A DNA stretch of 64,000 bases, from contig OX597820.1 in the NCBI GenBank assembly GCA_951406725.2, positions 5,146,001 through 5,210,000 on the forward strand. The letters are read 5' to 3'. A model generated the notes under the pieces. That model had not been told where the DNA came from, searched no databases, and saw nothing but the letters and a program-made list of their open reading frames with translations. Below, piece by piece: positions 60,941 to 64,000 of this stretch (positions are counted from its first letter, which is position 1; each line of letters begins with the position of its first letter). The position numbers were made by a program, and so were the translations under genes. Source of the DNA: Octopus vulgaris (taxonomy: Eukaryota).

Positions 60941-61525
60941 CATACATACATACATACATACATACATACACGCATACATACATGCACACATACACACATA
61001 CATACATACAGACAGACATACATACATACATACATACATACACACATGCACACATACATACATACATATATACGTACATACATACGTACATACATACATA
61101 CATGCTCACATACACACATACATACTTACATACACACATGCACACATACATATATGCATACATATATACATACATACATACATACATACATACACACATA
61201 CATACATACATACACACATACATACATACGTACATACATACATACATACATACATACACACATACATACATACATACACACATACATACGTACATACATA
61301 CATACATACATACATACACACATACATACATACATACACACATACATACATACATACATACATACATACATACATACACACATACATACATACATACACA
61401 CATACATACATACATACACACATGCACACATACATATATGCATACATACATATATACGTACATACATACGTACATGCACACATACATACATACATACATA
61501 CTTACATACATACATACATACATAC

Positions 61526-61556
<31 letters not shown>

Positions 61557-62070
61557 CATACATACATACATACATACATACATACATACATACATACATA
61601 CATACATACATACATACATACATACACACATACATACATACATACATACATACATACATACATACATACATACATACATACACACATACATACATACATA
61701 CATACATACAGACAGACAGACATATATACATGCATAAATACACACATACACACACGCATGCATACATACACACATACATACATATATACACACATACATA
61801 CATACATACATACATACATACATACATACGTACATACATACATACAGACAGACAGACAGACAGACAGACATACATACATGCACACATACATACATACACA
61901 CACATACACATACATACATACATACATACACAAACACATACATACATACATACATACATACATACATACATACATACATACACACATACATACACACATA
62001 CATACATACATACATACATACATACATACATACATACATACATACATACATACGTACGTACTTACACACA
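60941..62070. repeat. ~1.1-kb (TACA)n microsatellite array
   Basis: Visible directly. Confidence 0.95.
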
Positions 62071-62337
62071 CACTCATAAAGGGAGGGTCAGTTTAAGTGT
62101 ATGAAACATGAATTTGTGTGTTTGTCTGTAGATATGCATGCTCACATACACACACACAAACACTCACACATACATACACATACACATAAACACACACCTA
62201 CACACACTCACACGCATCCGTTTTCTCTCTTCTTTCTGTCATTCTTAATAACCTTCTTCAATTCCTTTAAATCTTTCATTCTCTTTTACTTGTGTCCTTC
62301 TGTCTTCGTTTTTGCGTTCAATATTTCCCCACTCTAC

Positions 62338-62757
62338 TTCTTCTTCATCTTCTTCTTCTTCTTCTTCTTCTTCTTCTTCTTCTGCTTCTTCTTCTTCTTC
62401 TTCTTCTTCTTCTTCTTCTTCTTCTTCTCCTCCTTCTTCTTCTTCTTCTTCTTCTTCTCCTTCTCCTTCTTCTTCTTCTTCTTCTTCTTCTTCTCCTCCT
62501 CCTCCTCCTTCTTCTTCTTCTTCTTCTTCTCCTCCTCCTTCTTCTCCTCCTTCTTCTTCTTCTTCTTCTTCTTCTTCTCCTTCTTCTTTTCCTCCTCCTT
62601 CTTCTTCTTCTTCTCCTTCTTCTTCTTCTTCTTCTTCTTCTTCTTCTTCTTCTTCTTCTTCTTCTACATCTTCTTCTTCTACATCTTCTTCTTCTTCTCC
62701 TTCTTCTTCTTCTCCTTCTTCTTCTTCTCCTTCTCCTTCTCCTTCTTCTTCTTCTTC
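62338..62757. repeat. (CTT/CCT)n array
   Basis: Visible directly. Confidence 0.95.
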
Positions 62758-62762
62758 GTCCC

Positions 62763-62799
<37 letters not shown>

Positions 62800-63886
62800 G
62801 TTTCCTCGTTCCCAGTACAACTCATTCCCTGCCTTCATTCTTGCCACTTTCGTCTCCCTCACATCGTTATCTTATCTCATCTCTCTCACACAAAACCCCC
62901 TCCATCCACATCCACCACCTTCATCCGCCACCATCGTCAGTTGAAATTCCCTTGAGTTAAATATTGTCTTTTCATCTAGATATGGAATGACATACAACCA
63001 ATTTACTCACACAGCATCAACAATCCCGCCCTCTCCGACTGACATTATAAACTGGCACATAAATGTGTGACACAGTGTTTCTGTGAAGGTCACTGTGCCT
63101 TGTCTTGCATCTCTTCTTTAAACTGACAATTAGAGCAAAAGAGGCTGACCTCAACAATTGTCGGTCTCCCTGGACTAGTAAAACTGTTGTGGTTGGTCTT
63201 TAGAATTAGCATGTGTAAGGACGTATTTACAGATCATCGAAGTCTTTCCATAGCCTGGGAGATCTTGATAATGAGGGCAGTGCACGAAGTAATTACTGAT
63301 GTGTGTGAGAGATAAGGGTGGGAACGGGAGAAAGGAGAGGAACCTATGAACTTCAGTGGAAAAGATACATACGGACCTAACAAAGAAGAACAGTGGATGT
63401 TGTAGTAGAAGTTCAGACGAGGAGACACAGCGAGTCTTTGAACCAGAAGCTGTATTGTGTTGGTGAATAAATAAATGTCTGTTGTTTGAGTGAACCTCTT
63501 TTCTGTTTGATCAGGCGCAGGGGTTCAAGAGTTCACTCGGCAATCGTGAGATTCGGGTTCGTTTCTGTAGCGTGGCACGTTTGACTAGTGTTTTTGTCAT
63601 AGCCCCGGATTGATCCAATCCCTGTGAGTGAAGCGGCTGAAAGGGAAACTGTGTCGAAGCCCATCGGATGAACTGTTTTTCTACTTGAAACGTCTAGCTT
63701 TGTACAAATTGTGCCATGTAGACTTCTACATGTGTCTGAGCGATACTCATCGAGTTACATTATCATGTTATAGCTAGCAGGTGGAACGGTTACACAGGGC
63801 CTCCATGGTTGTGGGTGGGATTAGGCGTGGTGGCGCTGGGTGTGGTGGCGTTAGTGTGATGATAGTAGTGCTGGTGGTGGTAGTGA

Positions 63887-64000
63887 AGGCGAATGGCTCA
63901 GTGGTTAGGGTGCATTCGGCTGACGATCGTAAGGTGGTGGGTTCGATTCTCGACGTGCGTTGTGTCCTTGAGCAAGACACTTCATTTTACACTGTTCCAT
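63887..64000 (+). mobile_element. tRNA-derived SINE head (runs off the window)
   Basis: TGGCTCAGTGGTTAGG A box, GGTTCGATTC B box, gtccttgagcaagacactt. Confidence 0.75.

Overview
Gene-poor, microsatellite-saturated animal DNA; the SINE families and repeat make-up suggest an octopus/cephalopod (inference). No host protein-coding gene can be supported, and almost all listed ORFs are microsatellite translations. The window contains decayed transposons: (TAA)n-targeting R4/Dong-like RLE LINEs, RTE and CR1-like LINE ends, a mariner fragment, two Helitron-like elements, several tRNA-derived SINE families and a Penelope-like (Naiad-type) GIY-YIG fragment. The main find is a set of non-coding, hammerhead-ribozyme (HHR)-bearing Penelope-like elements inserted in (TA)n tracts. 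These include (i) a 534-bp tandem array with five apparently identical minimal type-I hammerheads (54354-56726; retrozyme/circRNA-like), (ii) a palindromic fold-back family whose hammerhead has a swapped G3-C8 core pair (GUGAACA) on both strands, and (iii) other canonical, variant and degenerate HHRs, several sharing a 3' terminal hairpin motif. All ribozyme calls come from manual folding and are untested.
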